A stretch of 64,000 nt of DNA from a virus: IMG/VR virus record IMGVR_UViG_3300043395_000996, positions 115,991 to 179,990 of that record; one strand, written 5' to 3'. The notes under the pieces are model-generated. The model was not told the origin of the DNA. It made no database searches and was given only the letters and a program-made list of their open reading frames with translations. The position numbers and the translations under genes are program-made. Positions 26,228-36,081 of this stretch are shown in pieces. The stretch's first letter is position 1; every line of letters begins with the position of its first letter.

Positions 26228-26821
26228 TTATTTTTTATGTATAAATGCACATATTGCATATCTTTCTGAATTTTTTACTTTTGTAACTTCGTGTTCAACT
26301 GAATTTTCTGTATAATCTATCACAACAACTCTACCATATTCTGGAACTATTTTTGTTTTATTTTTTAAAATTAAACATCCACCATTATTTTCATCATAAT
26401 TTTTATTAAGATAAATTAATATTCCGGCGATTCGTTTTGGGTCTCTCCCATCATTGTGCGGAATTATAAAACATCCATCATTAAATAATGTAACAGAATC
26501 TAAAATTTCAATATCATTTATAGAATAGAATTTTAAATAAATACTTGTTAATAAATCATATATTTCGGTTTTTTTAGGAGAATCTACATACCAAATTTGT
26601 GCTAAATTTGGATGATTTAATAATTCATTTTTTTTAATATCTAAATTAGAAAAAGAATCATATGGTAACATATGGTTATGCCCTACATTGTTATAAGAAA
26701 CTCTTAATGTATGAAAATTATTATTTGATATTATAGAATGTATATTAGATAATAATTTTAATTCATTTTCATCTGTTATATCAAACGTTATAAACCCATT
26801 TTTTATTAATTCTTCTTTCAT
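26228..26821 (-). CDS. 2OG-Fe(II) oxygenase (prolyl-hydroxylase-like)
   Basis: PHND...LIYLN...GGCL...HEV...R.A facial triad and 2OG-binding Arg. Confidence 0.85.
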   Translation of the reverse strand: MKEELIKNGFITFDITDENELKLLSNIHSIISNNNFHTLRVSYNNVGHNHMLPYDSFSNLDIKKNELLNHPNLAQIWYVDSPKKTEIYDLLTSIYLKFYSINDIEILDSVTLFNDGCFIIPHNDGRDPKRIAGILIYLNKNYDENNGGCLILKNKTKIVPEYGRVVVIDYTENSVEHEVTKVKNSERYAICAFIHKK

Positions 26822-26827
26822 AATTTA

Positions 26828-26859
26828 CAAAGATACGACATTTATTTGATATTTCCAAA
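26828..26859 (-). promoter_or_regulatory. Bacteroidota-type sigma-A promoter (TTTG-N20-TATCTTTG)
   Basis: -33 box at 26856-26859, -7 box at 26828-26835. Confidence 0.75.
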
Positions 26860-27933
26860 TTAAAATAGTTCCCATTTTAAAATAATATCTTTTACAAATT
26901 TGTTATACATTTTTGCTGAAACATGCCCCAATGGACATCTCCAATCTTCATAATTTTCCAACATTTCATCAAATGTTTTAAATGGTTTATTATTTTTAGA
27001 TTGTTCCATAAACAAAATATTGTGATATTCTTGATTTGTAGATGTATCATTTATATCAAAATTTTTAATAGCCCATTCTGTAACGCCACCATATTTGTGT
27101 ATGTTTTCTTCTTCATAAAACCAAAAAGAATTCCAATCAATTAAATTCCAATAATAATTCAAATATGGATTATCTTTATATCTCATACTATCATTCCAAG
27201 TATTTGGAACATATTTGTTATATAATATTTCATATAATTCATTATGCTTACTATATTCAGGTTTAAATCGTGGAAATCCACCACTTTTTATTAAATTCAA
27301 AACATATGTATCTGAAAAATTATTGGCTATATTAAACATTTTGTATTTAATATTATTTGATTTTAAATACAACTGAAGCATTACAATTGTTTCCAAAAAA
27401 CATAACATTCGTTCTTCGTATGAATGTACCCATCCTAAATTTAAAGCCGCAAATTCCTTCATTGGGTTTTTAATATGTTCCATAAAAAATCCACCTGAAA
27501 GGAAATAATATCCATTTTCACCCATTTCACTTTTTTCTTCTACAAAGTCATTTATATGGGCATAATCATCATCCCACCTTCTTCGATGTTGTGGTAATTT
27601 TAATTTAGGATTTTCTTTTATTTTTGATGGAGAAACAAAAAATGAATTTCTATAAAAAGATGACCATTGAACTATAACCGATATATCGGATGTATCAATT
27701 CCTTCTTTTTTTAATTTTTCTATTTTATAGATAATACTTCTTGCTATTGATTGATTATCATTTGTAACATTTGCAACATTTATTACATTCAAATTTGGAT
27801 TCAGTATTTTTAATTGATGAGAAAAATAATAAATTTCCTTATGGTCCTCATTTAGAATATTATTATCTGTCACATCTATATTGATTCTACCTGCTCTAGT
27901 AAAAGAGCACCCACTTGTTACCAAATGTTTCAT
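26860..27933 (-). CDS. SGNH/GDSL-like protein
   Basis: TSGCSFT, VQWS and C-terminal GHVS. Confidence 0.55.
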   Translation of the reverse strand: MKHLVTSGCSFTRAGRINIDVTDNNILNEDHKEIYYFSHQLKILNPNLNVINVANVTNDNQSIARSIIYKIEKLKKEGIDTSDISVIVQWSSFYRNSFFVSPSKIKENPKLKLPQHRRRWDDDYAHINDFVEEKSEMGENGYYFLSGGFFMEHIKNPMKEFAALNLGWVHSYEERMLCFLETIVMLQLYLKSNNIKYKMFNIANNFSDTYVLNLIKSGGFPRFKPEYSKHNELYEILYNKYVPNTWNDSMRYKDNPYLNYYWNLIDWNSFWFYEEENIHKYGGVTEWAIKNFDINDTSTNQEYHNILFMEQSKNNKPFKTFDEMLENYEDWRCPLGHVSAKMYNKFVKDIILKWELF

Positions 27934-28934
27934 TATAATCTACTTTTATATTCTAAAATCGATTTAGTCAAACCTTCCTTTAAAGTAGTTTGTGGTAAAA
28001 TACCATATTTTGTTTGTAATTTAGAACCTAAACATCTAATTGGGTCTCCGTTTGTTTTAGTTTCATCCCAAACAATATTTTTAGTTTTGCCTGTAATTTC
28101 TTTATAACACTCAACAATAGTTTCAATTGTTTCTTTAATAGTTACTGCTTCCGCACATCCAAAGTTGATAATATCTTTAACTTCTTTTTTAACTACATCA
28201 ATTGTAGCCTGTGCAACATCATCACCAAATACAAAATCTCTTTTTGATGAACCATTACCCCAACATACCATATCATCTCCTTCTACATTGAACAATTTCC
28301 AAATATTAGATGAAATTACAGTTGCATCTTGCGCAAAATTATCGTTGATTCCGTAAATGTTTGAAGGTCTAATTACAGTCCAATTATCCCAACCATACTG
28401 AACTTTAAGAGCATCTAATGTAAGTTCTCCCATTCTCTTTGTCCAACCGGGATGCCAATCTAAACGTGATGGAGTTGATGCCCAAGTTTCTTGCTGATTC
28501 CAAATATCTTCTTCGTTCATTACATCTGCCGGCTTATACACTCCAACCGATGATAAATAAACAAACCAATCAACTTTTGCATCAAATGATGCTTTAATCA
28601 TATTGGTATTAAACATTAACATTGGGAATAGGTAATCGGCTGGATTTTGCGATGAACGAGCCGGCGAACCTTTTACACCTGCTATGTGGAGAACAATATC
28701 CATCTTATCCAATGCAAATAATTCTTCGCAATGAGAAAGATATGTCAAATCGGTTTTAACTAAAACCAATCTATCACCACCATATTGAGATTGTAAAAAA
28801 TTTAATTTATCACCAAATTTTAAGTCTACTGCGTAAACTTTTTCGGCTCCTTCTTCTAAACATTTTTTAACTGCCGGGAATCCAACCAATCCGTTTGCTC
28901 CAGTTATAACTACTTTTTTTCCTGTAAATTGCAT
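27933..28934 (-). CDS. NAD(P)-dependent sugar epimerase/reductase (GDP-L-fucose synthase-like SDR)
   Basis: TGANGLVG, RPSNIYG and WGNGSSKRDFVF. The YxxxK position reads PGWTK, so the catalytic Tyr is apparently absent. Confidence 0.8.
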   Translation of the reverse strand: MQFTGKKVVITGANGLVGFPAVKKCLEEGAEKVYAVDLKFGDKLNFLQSQYGGDRLVLVKTDLTYLSHCEELFALDKMDIVLHIAGVKGSPARSSQNPADYLFPMLMFNTNMIKASFDAKVDWFVYLSSVGVYKPADVMNEEDIWNQQETWASTPSRLDWHPGWTKRMGELTLDALKVQYGWDNWTVIRPSNIYGINDNFAQDATVISSNIWKLFNVEGDDMVCWGNGSSKRDFVFGDDVAQATIDVVKKEVKDIINFGCAEAVTIKETIETIVECYKEITGKTKNIVWDETKTNGDPIRCLGSKLQTKYGILPQTTLKEGLTKSILEYKSRL

Positions 28935-30238
28935 ATTTCTTTTATTTTTTGTAAACTGTTTGTAAATACATCATAATTTGTAAATGATAGTAAATGATTT
29001 CTATTATATATACATATATCTTTACACGATAAAATCATTTCATTTATTTCATCTATTGATAATTTTGATAATCTTAAAATTTCATCACACACTTTTTTAA
29101 ATCGTATATGGCTATTTTCTTCCTCATCATAACTCTCATCTATTATATGACCGAACGTTTTAAATCCAAGTCTACGAAGTTCAGCCAATTGACCGTTCGA
29201 TGCTATCATTATAAATGGTTGAAAATTTAAAATTGGATGAAATGTTTTTTCTGATATAAAAACCCTATTATTGGTAAATGTTGTCTCGGTGACAATATTA
29301 ATTGCTGTATCTTGATAATATTTTTTATAATAAATTACAGATGTTGGAAAGCTACTTAAAGTATTTTTATTTTTTAAAAAATTTGTATCAATTTCCATTG
29401 GTATTTTTGATAAAAAATTATCATGTATCTCACCATATGAATCAAATTTAGATTGCGGTATAGAATCTATTGCTTGAATTTCTCTTTCTCTTAAATTTAA
29501 AAATGTAAAATACCCTTTATCCCACAAATTGTGCTCTTCTAAAAATAACCCCAATGCATATCTATGTGTTCTATTTACAGTACGATTTAGAGATAAAAAA
29601 TGTTTTTGCTTTTTTATATTAAAAATATCATATCCAACTAATTCATTTTGAAATGAAAATTCATGTCCATCCAATACTTTATTTTTTAAAAAATATTTCA
29701 AAGTTTCTGCTGCATTTTTTATAAAAAAATGGTCTGATATATAATTTAATTCGGATGTGTTTCGTATATTAGCTGCTCCTGAAAATACAAAAAAATTTGT
29801 TATATCTAAATCGTATTTTCTACAAATTCTTTTTATATGCAAATTAAATGTTTCATCATATAATGGTTCGGCAAACCAATTAAATACAACTTTCAATTTT
29901 CCATCTTTTAATTTTTTAAAAGCTTTTTCGGATATATTTTCTATAAATTTATCATAATAATATGCCGGCGGATTAAATGATTCGCACAAATATATTAAAT
30001 TATCTTCATCTATATTTGTAGTAATTAAATTATATTTTTCAGCACATCCTCTATACCCATTTCCTAATAACTTTTCAGGAGACTCTCGTATTTCATAAGT
30101 TGTCCAATTATAATATTCTGAACATTTCTTTTTAAATTCTTCCTTTTCTGATGTTGATAAATTATTTGGTATAACTCTACCAAAATCATCTACATTTTCA
30201 AAATAAAATTTAAAAGGCAATCCACTTTCCAGTTCCAT
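28910..30238 (-). CDS. Putative GT-B glycosyltransferase (GT10-like motif), paralog of 22411..23847
   Basis: FLSLNR..HR, NIVTET, SEKTFHPI, PFIMIA and LGFKTF..IIDESYD. Confidence 0.5.
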   Translation of the reverse strand: MELESGLPFKFYFENVDDFGRVIPNNLSTSEKEEFKKKCSEYYNWTTYEIRESPEKLLGNGYRGCAEKYNLITTNIDEDNLIYLCESFNPPAYYYDKFIENISEKAFKKLKDGKLKVVFNWFAEPLYDETFNLHIKRICRKYDLDITNFFVFSGAANIRNTSELNYISDHFFIKNAAETLKYFLKNKVLDGHEFSFQNELVGYDIFNIKKQKHFLSLNRTVNRTHRYALGLFLEEHNLWDKGYFTFLNLREREIQAIDSIPQSKFDSYGEIHDNFLSKIPMEIDTNFLKNKNTLSSFPTSVIYYKKYYQDTAINIVTETTFTNNRVFISEKTFHPILNFQPFIMIASNGQLAELRRLGFKTFGHIIDESYDEEENSHIRFKKVCDEILRLSKLSIDEINEMILSCKDICIYNRNHLLSFTNYDVFTNSLQKIKEICNLQEKK

Positions 30239-30839
30239 AATGTGGGAATTTTGATTTATATTTATAATAGATTACATCTTCGGGTATTTCTCTTTTTTTA
30301 TTCCAAGTTGCTTCCGTTGGAGTGTAAGTTGAAACATCGTTATCTTCAACTATAAAGTATAGGGGTAAATCAAAGTTTCTTGCATATTTGTGAACCTCAT
30401 AAAATATACCACTTTCAAAACTCATATCACCAATAAAACACCACACTTTTTCATCACTTCCTTTTTCTTTAATTCCCATTGCTACACCTAATGCAATAGA
30501 AAGAGTTCCACCTACAATAGCAGATGAATAAAACTTTTCATCTATATTACATAATGTGATTGATTTACCTTTAAGAATTTCTTCTTCAATCCAAACAGGA
30601 CAAACTTCTTTGAGTAATGCATGATAATGAGAACGCCATGTACTGAATACCCAATCCGTTGTTTTTATTCTACTAAATATTTCAATCAATTGTTCTTCAT
30701 TACCATTTGATAAATGTATTGGTCCTCTGATTTTGGCATCTTCCCAATGTTTAACAATTAATTCTTCAAATTTAATTAAATCATTTGGCGTTTGTTCTAT
30801 CGACCTTACAATCGGATATTTTTCTAAATTTTGTATCAT
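30210..30839 (-). CDS. ThDP-dependent enzyme, E1-alpha-like (short)
   Basis: GPIHLSNGNE, WRSHYHAL and the ThDP/Mg motif GDM..ESG......VEDN. Confidence 0.85.
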   Translation of the reverse strand: MIQNLEKYPIVRSIEQTPNDLIKFEELIVKHWEDAKIRGPIHLSNGNEEQLIEIFSRIKTTDWVFSTWRSHYHALLKEVCPVWIEEEILKGKSITLCNIDEKFYSSAIVGGTLSIALGVAMGIKEKGSDEKVWCFIGDMSFESGIFYEVHKYARNFDLPLYFIVEDNDVSTYTPTEATWNKKREIPEDVIYYKYKSKFPHYGTGKWIAF

Positions 30840-31606
30840 ATAACTTTTTTTTGTATCAAACTTTTATTTATTAATTTTTTATAAATCATATTAGCAACTA
30901 TATTATGTCCTTCCATAGATAAATGTAAATCATTTTCAGGGCAATTTGGTATATCTGCCAATCTTAATTTATTTTTTTTAGCATATGCTCCTAAATTTTC
31001 TCCTTCAAATTTTATAAAATTATCATTATCTTCAAATTGAGATGAATTTCCATCATATGATAACCACAATGGATAAATATTTTTTTGAATTAACCAATTT
31101 GTATATAAATCAATATTTCTTTCAATGTTTTTTAATGCAATATCTTCATTATAAACAAATGATAAATAATTTGTATAATATTCATGTAATGGTTTATATT
31201 TTTCTTTATTTTCAAATGGTGGTTCTGAAAATTCTATTTTATTTAATTTTTTAAATTCTTTTGTATAATCGTAATAAACATGCTGTCTACTAAATAGTGT
31301 TATTTGACCGATAAACAATATATTTCTATCTGATAGATTTTCTTTTTTAAAATAATCATATGTTTTTTGGAAAATTAAATCATTGGATGACATAGATTCA
31401 GATAAATTGATGTACTCACAATTTAAAATTTTTGCCAAATATGCTATATAATTATTTTCCTTTTTAAATTGCATCGGAATTTCATTTGGCCAAGAATAAT
31501 CAACACCATCAGTTATTTTATTTAAAAACTTATAAATATTTGGATTATCAAGCCCACCACCTTCTGTAAAAGAACATCCTATTCCAACAATTAAATCATA
31601 TTTCAT
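30836..31606 (-). CDS. SGNH/GDSL-like protein
   Basis: GIGCSFTEGGG and NDLHLSMEGH. Confidence 0.6.
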   Translation of the reverse strand: MKYDLIVGIGCSFTEGGGLDNPNIYKFLNKITDGVDYSWPNEIPMQFKKENNYIAYLAKILNCEYINLSESMSSNDLIFQKTYDYFKKENLSDRNILFIGQITLFSRQHVYYDYTKEFKKLNKIEFSEPPFENKEKYKPLHEYYTNYLSFVYNEDIALKNIERNIDLYTNWLIQKNIYPLWLSYDGNSSQFEDNDNFIKFEGENLGAYAKKNKLRLADIPNCPENDLHLSMEGHNIVANMIYKKLINKSLIQKKVI

Positions 31607-32436
31607 ATTATATTTTCAGATTTTATTCTTTCATTACTTTTTAATTTATTCAAAATAAAATTAGTAAACCATATGTGTCCATTTTTTGATAAATGGAAAT
31701 CATGTATAGATTTATTACTATCATCCCATATAGTTAATTTCATTTTACGAAATGTAGTAAGCCATCCATAATTATATGTATCCAATCCCGTATGAATTTC
31801 ATCATGTAAATAAAAATTTTCCATAAATGAATAATCATTAAATATATTAAAAAATAAAGGTTGTTTATTTGGAATTTTATCAATTCTTATAGATTCTAAA
31901 TTCCAAAAAATAACATTTTTTACTATTTTTTTATTATGTAAATATTTTGCAATATTACATAAATTTACTATACCTCTCCTATAATAATATGTAGATGGTA
32001 AAATATATTGCATAAAATCTTTACTAGCATTGAATTCAAATTCACTTATAGTATTTCCATCATATGTTTCATAATCTTTTTTAATCATATCATATGTTAT
32101 AGAATCCATTTCATTTAAAAAATACATATATCCATCTGAAACATCTTTTACTTCTTTCTTTTTGTCATAAAAAGGAAATTCATATCGTGTTATAGTACTA
32201 CTTTGTATAATAACAATATCTTCTTCTTTAAAATTTTCTATATTATCCAATATTTTTAATAGAATTCTTTCATTTGGAATACCATTATCGCTGTAATCTT
32301 TTAAATTAAAATTTAATTTATTTGATAAAAGATTTGTCCATTTATAATTCTTATCAGCATTAATGTATTCTGGTATTTCTCCATTCATACCATGCCCTTT
32401 AGTAAAACTATCACCAAATGTCCAAAGTGTAGGCAT
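31603..32436 (-). CDS. SGNH/GDSL-like protein
   Basis: TFGDSFTKG and DFHLSKNGH. Confidence 0.65.
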   Translation of the reverse strand: MPTLWTFGDSFTKGHGMNGEIPEYINADKNYKWTNLLSNKLNFNLKDYSDNGIPNERILLKILDNIENFKEEDIVIIQSSTITRYEFPFYDKKKEVKDVSDGYMYFLNEMDSITYDMIKKDYETYDGNTISEFEFNASKDFMQYILPSTYYYRRGIVNLCNIAKYLHNKKIVKNVIFWNLESIRIDKIPNKQPLFFNIFNDYSFMENFYLHDEIHTGLDTYNYGWLTTFRKMKLTIWDDSNKSIHDFHLSKNGHIWFTNFILNKLKSNERIKSENII

Positions 32437-32972
32437 TATCTATCTCTTTTTTGTAATATTGGATTATTTGTAGGCCATTCCATTTGAAACTCCGGGTCAT
32501 TCCATTTAACTACACCCTGTTCATCCGCATCTACATATTTTCCATCATAAAATAAATTATAATGAAACATACAATCGGTTAATGCATAATGTCCGTTTGC
32601 AAATCCTGGCGGAACTATTACTTGCTGTCTATTACGTTCTGAAAGGATAAAAGATTCCCACTCACCATAAGTTAGAGAATCATTTCTCATATCTAAAACA
32701 ACTAAATAAATATCCCCCATTACAGCTTGAACTAATTTCCAAGTCTTATTATCCCAATGCAATCCTCTTAATACACCTTTATATGAACGAGAAAATCTTC
32801 CGTGAACTGTAATATTCAATGGTAATTTTAACATTACCGGATGTTCTTCGGTGTGTAATGTTGTAAAAATCTCACCTCTATATTCTCTATAAATCGATGG
32901 TGTATAGATTTCTACTTCATTTCCAAATTTTTTAGATGGAGTAATTTGGAACTCATCCCATTTATTGCTCAT
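32436..32972 (-). CDS. rmlC: dTDP-4-dehydrorhamnose 3,5-epimerase family (cupin)
   Basis: YRGEIF, SYKGVLRGLH, KLV, VLDMR..S.TYG and VPPGFANG motifs. Confidence 0.85.
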   Translation of the reverse strand: MSNKWDEFQITPSKKFGNEVEIYTPSIYREYRGEIFTTLHTEEHPVMLKLPLNITVHGRFSRSYKGVLRGLHWDNKTWKLVQAVMGDIYLVVLDMRNDSLTYGEWESFILSERNRQQVIVPPGFANGHYALTDCMFHYNLFYDGKYVDADEQGVVKWNDPEFQMEWPTNNPILQKRDR

Positions 32973-32973
32973 A

Positions 32974-33945
32974 TTAAAAATTTTGTGCGTATCCTAACGG
33001 GAATCCATTTCTAAATTCTGCTCCCATTTTAGGAACAATCATTTGATATCCCTGAATTAATTGTTTAATACCTCTATCTAAATCCCACTGTGGCTCCCAC
33101 CCAGTCGCTTCTATTTTAGCGTTTGATACGATGTAGTCTCTTTTATCGGGGTCCTCATAAAAATCGTTGTATGATACCGCAAAATCCTTTACATGATATT
33201 GTATCTTTTCCAACAATTCTTGCTTTGATAAATTTGCAGAACTCAACCCAACATTGAATACTTCACCTTTATATTCATCATAATTTTTTAACATAAAAAG
33301 AAACGCAGATGCCACATCCTCAACGTGAATGAAATTTCTTTTAAAATTCTTTTCAAACACAACAATGTATTTATCGGTAATTGCTTTGTAAGTAAAATCA
33401 TTTACTAACAAATCCGTTCTCATACGAGGAGATACACCAAATACAGTTGCTAATCTAAATATGATTGCATCGGTTGAAGTTCTTAAAAAATTTTCTGCAT
33501 CACACTTTGTTTGGCCATAAACTGATATAGGCGTTAGTGGTGATTCTTCTGTACACTCTGTTTGTCCTTCTGCAATACCATATCCACTATTTGTGTTTGG
33601 GTATAAAATTTTCTTACCTTTTCCGTTAGTAAATCTAACAATATTAAGAATTTGATGGAAGTTAATTTGTTTTGCTAATTCCGGCTCTGCTGCACATGCG
33701 GGAAATCCTACAATTGCTGCTAATGGAATAATTACATCGGCATCATTACATAGTTTTTCTAATAAAGATTCATTACGAACATCTCCGTGTATGAATTTAA
33801 AATTAGAATCAGATGTGTATTGTAAAAGTGAAGTTTGATTAAACAACAATTTATCCAATACCACAACTTGATATCCCATATTTAATAGTTTTCCAACTAT
33901 AACCGAGCCTAAATATCCAGCTCCACCTGTAACTAATACTTTCAT
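32974..33945 (-). CDS. NAD-dependent epimerase/dehydratase (SDR)
   Basis: VTGGAGYLGS, YGQTK, RLATVFGVSPRMRTDLLVN and NFIHVED motifs. Confidence 0.85.
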   Translation of the reverse strand: MKVLVTGGAGYLGSVIVGKLLNMGYQVVVLDKLLFNQTSLLQYTSDSNFKFIHGDVRNESLLEKLCNDADVIIPLAAIVGFPACAAEPELAKQINFHQILNIVRFTNGKGKKILYPNTNSGYGIAEGQTECTEESPLTPISVYGQTKCDAENFLRTSTDAIIFRLATVFGVSPRMRTDLLVNDFTYKAITDKYIVVFEKNFKRNFIHVEDVASAFLFMLKNYDEYKGEVFNVGLSSANLSKQELLEKIQYHVKDFAVSYNDFYEDPDKRDYIVSNAKIEATGWEPQWDLDRGIKQLIQGYQMIVPKMGAEFRNGFPLGYAQNF

Positions 33946-34679
33946 TATAATTTCTCTAAATCTTTACAAAATTTCATTATGTGATTGTTGTTTCCCGTCA
34001 TGTCCCAAAACTTATAAGGAGTTTCATTTTTAAAATCAAAACAACATAGTAATCCCAATTCTTCTTTATCTAAACATCTAAAACCATATTTATTTTCAGT
34101 AACAAATGAATCAATATTTTTTCTAAAATCATTTACAACCGAACCATCTAATTTTTTATCCGATACTATAAAGAAATCTGTATAACATTCTTGTGACCAA
34201 CTAAAATCTCCTTTGGTGTCAGCTGAACCTACAAAGTATGGTGCGTTTTCATAATTTCTTAATTTACCACCCAATGTTTCCGAATATACCAATTCATCAT
34301 CAATCCAAAATTCATAAGTATTTGTATCTGCATCCCAATTTAAAGTATATAAGTGCATTTCGTTCCAAAATGCTTCATCTTTGTAGAATAAGATTTTATC
34401 TGCATACTTTTCTTCATCACCTTCTACATACCAAAAATTCAACATTATCATATCCGGCTTTCTATAAACGATTCCGGTGTGTAAACCTCTTCTCATAAAG
34501 ATTCCAGCCATATCATCAGCTTTTGAATCATCTTCACTTCTTTTCCAAGTTCCACTAATTGTCCAACTCTTTTCATTCATTACATAAAACGCAGATGTAT
34601 CAATGATACCATAAGCGTTATGTGGCCACCAAGGCAAATCTGCTAATATCAATGGCTCTTTGTAAGGTACTTTATACAT
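33945..34679 (-). CDS. LamG / concanavalin-A-like lectin domain protein
   Basis: WTISGTW...HLYTLNWD...EFWIDDEL...YFVG...DMTGNNNH pattern. Confidence 0.55.
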   Translation of the reverse strand: MYKVPYKEPLILADLPWWPHNAYGIIDTSAFYVMNEKSWTISGTWKRSEDDSKADDMAGIFMRRGLHTGIVYRKPDMIMLNFWYVEGDEEKYADKILFYKDEAFWNEMHLYTLNWDADTNTYEFWIDDELVYSETLGGKLRNYENAPYFVGSADTKGDFSWSQECYTDFFIVSDKKLDGSVVNDFRKNIDSFVTENKYGFRCLDKEELGLLCCFDFKNETPYKFWDMTGNNNHIMKFCKDLEKL

Positions 34680-34680
34680 A

Positions 34681-36081
34681 CTATAACTTTATTGTTTTTG
34701 TAAAATGGTAAAATTCTTCTAATTCAGGGAATGTTTTGCAAAAATCAGTTCCTCTTCTTTTATCATGCTCACTAAAATATTGATAGAAATTGTATCTCGC
34801 TTTAAACAATGCACTATCTTCAATTGGAGAAATAGCCCAATCATATGTTCTTTTTAGCTTTTGAATTTCTAAATCAGAAAATCCAACATATCCTTTTGAA
34901 TAATATGGAATTCCGTGATAGAATGCTAATTGAGCTTGGTCTAAAATATTTTGCTTAAACTGATGTGGTAATACCTGAACAGTTTGATGACGAGGATGTC
35001 TTAAATAAGATGTATCCATCAATACAGGCGATAACCAATATCTATCATCTCCAGCATATTCTCTTTTTAATTCATACACTCCTTTGATAAATTTATCAAA
35101 ACTAAATACCGATAACATATTATATGTTACCATAAATGTAATAGTAATTTTCGGAACTTCTCTTAAAATTCTATTTACGTTATTCCAAAATCTATTAAAC
35201 TCTAAACCATTACGAATATATTCAGCTTGCTCCCCCCAACCATCACACGATGTAAATAATACAAATCCCTTTACTTTATCTTCTTCTGTAATTCTTTTTA
35301 GCTTTTCAATTAATTTTGTAATCAATTCATCCGGTACACCTAAATTTGAATTGATAGAAAAATCTAAATTTTTATTTGGATTTGGTTCATCAATGATATA
35401 ATCTAATACTTTCCAAGTATCTTTGTGCATCAATGGTTCACCACCCGTAATTCTAAATGTATGTAAATCTCTATACAAATCAGGCCACCATTTCCAAAAT
35501 GCTTCTACATAAGGATTATGTTCTCTCAATGGAATTGGCATCTTTTGTTCAGCTGCCAAATGTTTTAAATCGTTAAAACTATCTGTCGTTGGGTATCCAC
35601 CAAATTGCTGAATCTCTTCCATCCATTTTGTAGAGAAAGTTGGTGAACAATATGAACATGCGAAGTTACAAGCATTTGAAAACGCAACTTCAACATAGCG
35701 TGGGTTAAAGTCATCTCTCCAATTTGAATTAATAATTTGGTCTGCTAAAGGCCAGCTCCAATCTTCCGATGATTTAAATACTCTATCCGAATATAAATCC
35801 GAATTATCTTCTACACCCCAACAATAATCACATTCCGTAGGTCTAGCACCATTCATCATCTCTTTTCTTTTTTGCTTTTTAAATAAAGTATTGTGAAGAG
35901 CAGATGGGTTTCGTGCAATCTCTAATTCAGAAACTTTATGAGTGTTTGGGTGGTGACAAGAGTGATTGTGACCTGTGTGTAAATGTGTTGTAACTTGTGT
36001 CCATTTTGCTAAACACATTCCCTTACCCACATTATCTAATTTTGTCTTTACTTCTTCGTAAAGTGGTTTTTTATATGCCAT
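34681..36081 (-). CDS. Radical SAM protein with an auxiliary (twitch-like) Cys cluster
   Basis: CNFACSYC and ITGGEP; additional CLAKW..SCHH and CDYCW motifs. Confidence 0.9.
   Translation of the reverse strand: MAYKKPLYEEVKTKLDNVGKGMCLAKWTQVTTHLHTGHNHSCHHPNTHKVSELEIARNPSALHNTLFKKQKRKEMMNGARPTECDYCWGVEDNSDLYSDRVFKSSEDWSWPLADQIINSNWRDDFNPRYVEVAFSNACNFACSYCSPTFSTKWMEEIQQFGGYPTTDSFNDLKHLAAEQKMPIPLREHNPYVEAFWKWWPDLYRDLHTFRITGGEPLMHKDTWKVLDYIIDEPNPNKNLDFSINSNLGVPDELITKLIEKLKRITEEDKVKGFVLFTSCDGWGEQAEYIRNGLEFNRFWNNVNRILREVPKITITFMVTYNMLSVFSFDKFIKGVYELKREYAGDDRYWLSPVLMDTSYLRHPRHQTVQVLPHQFKQNILDQAQLAFYHGIPYYSKGYVGFSDLEIQKLKRTYDWAISPIEDSALFKARYNFYQYFSEHDKRRGTDFCKTFPELEEFYHFTKTIKL

Noticed and set aside
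23837-30839. E1alpha/E1beta as an auxiliary metabolic pyruvate dehydrogenase
   Set aside because: Both are truncated, separated, lack E2/E3 partners in the window and are embedded among NDP-sugar genes.
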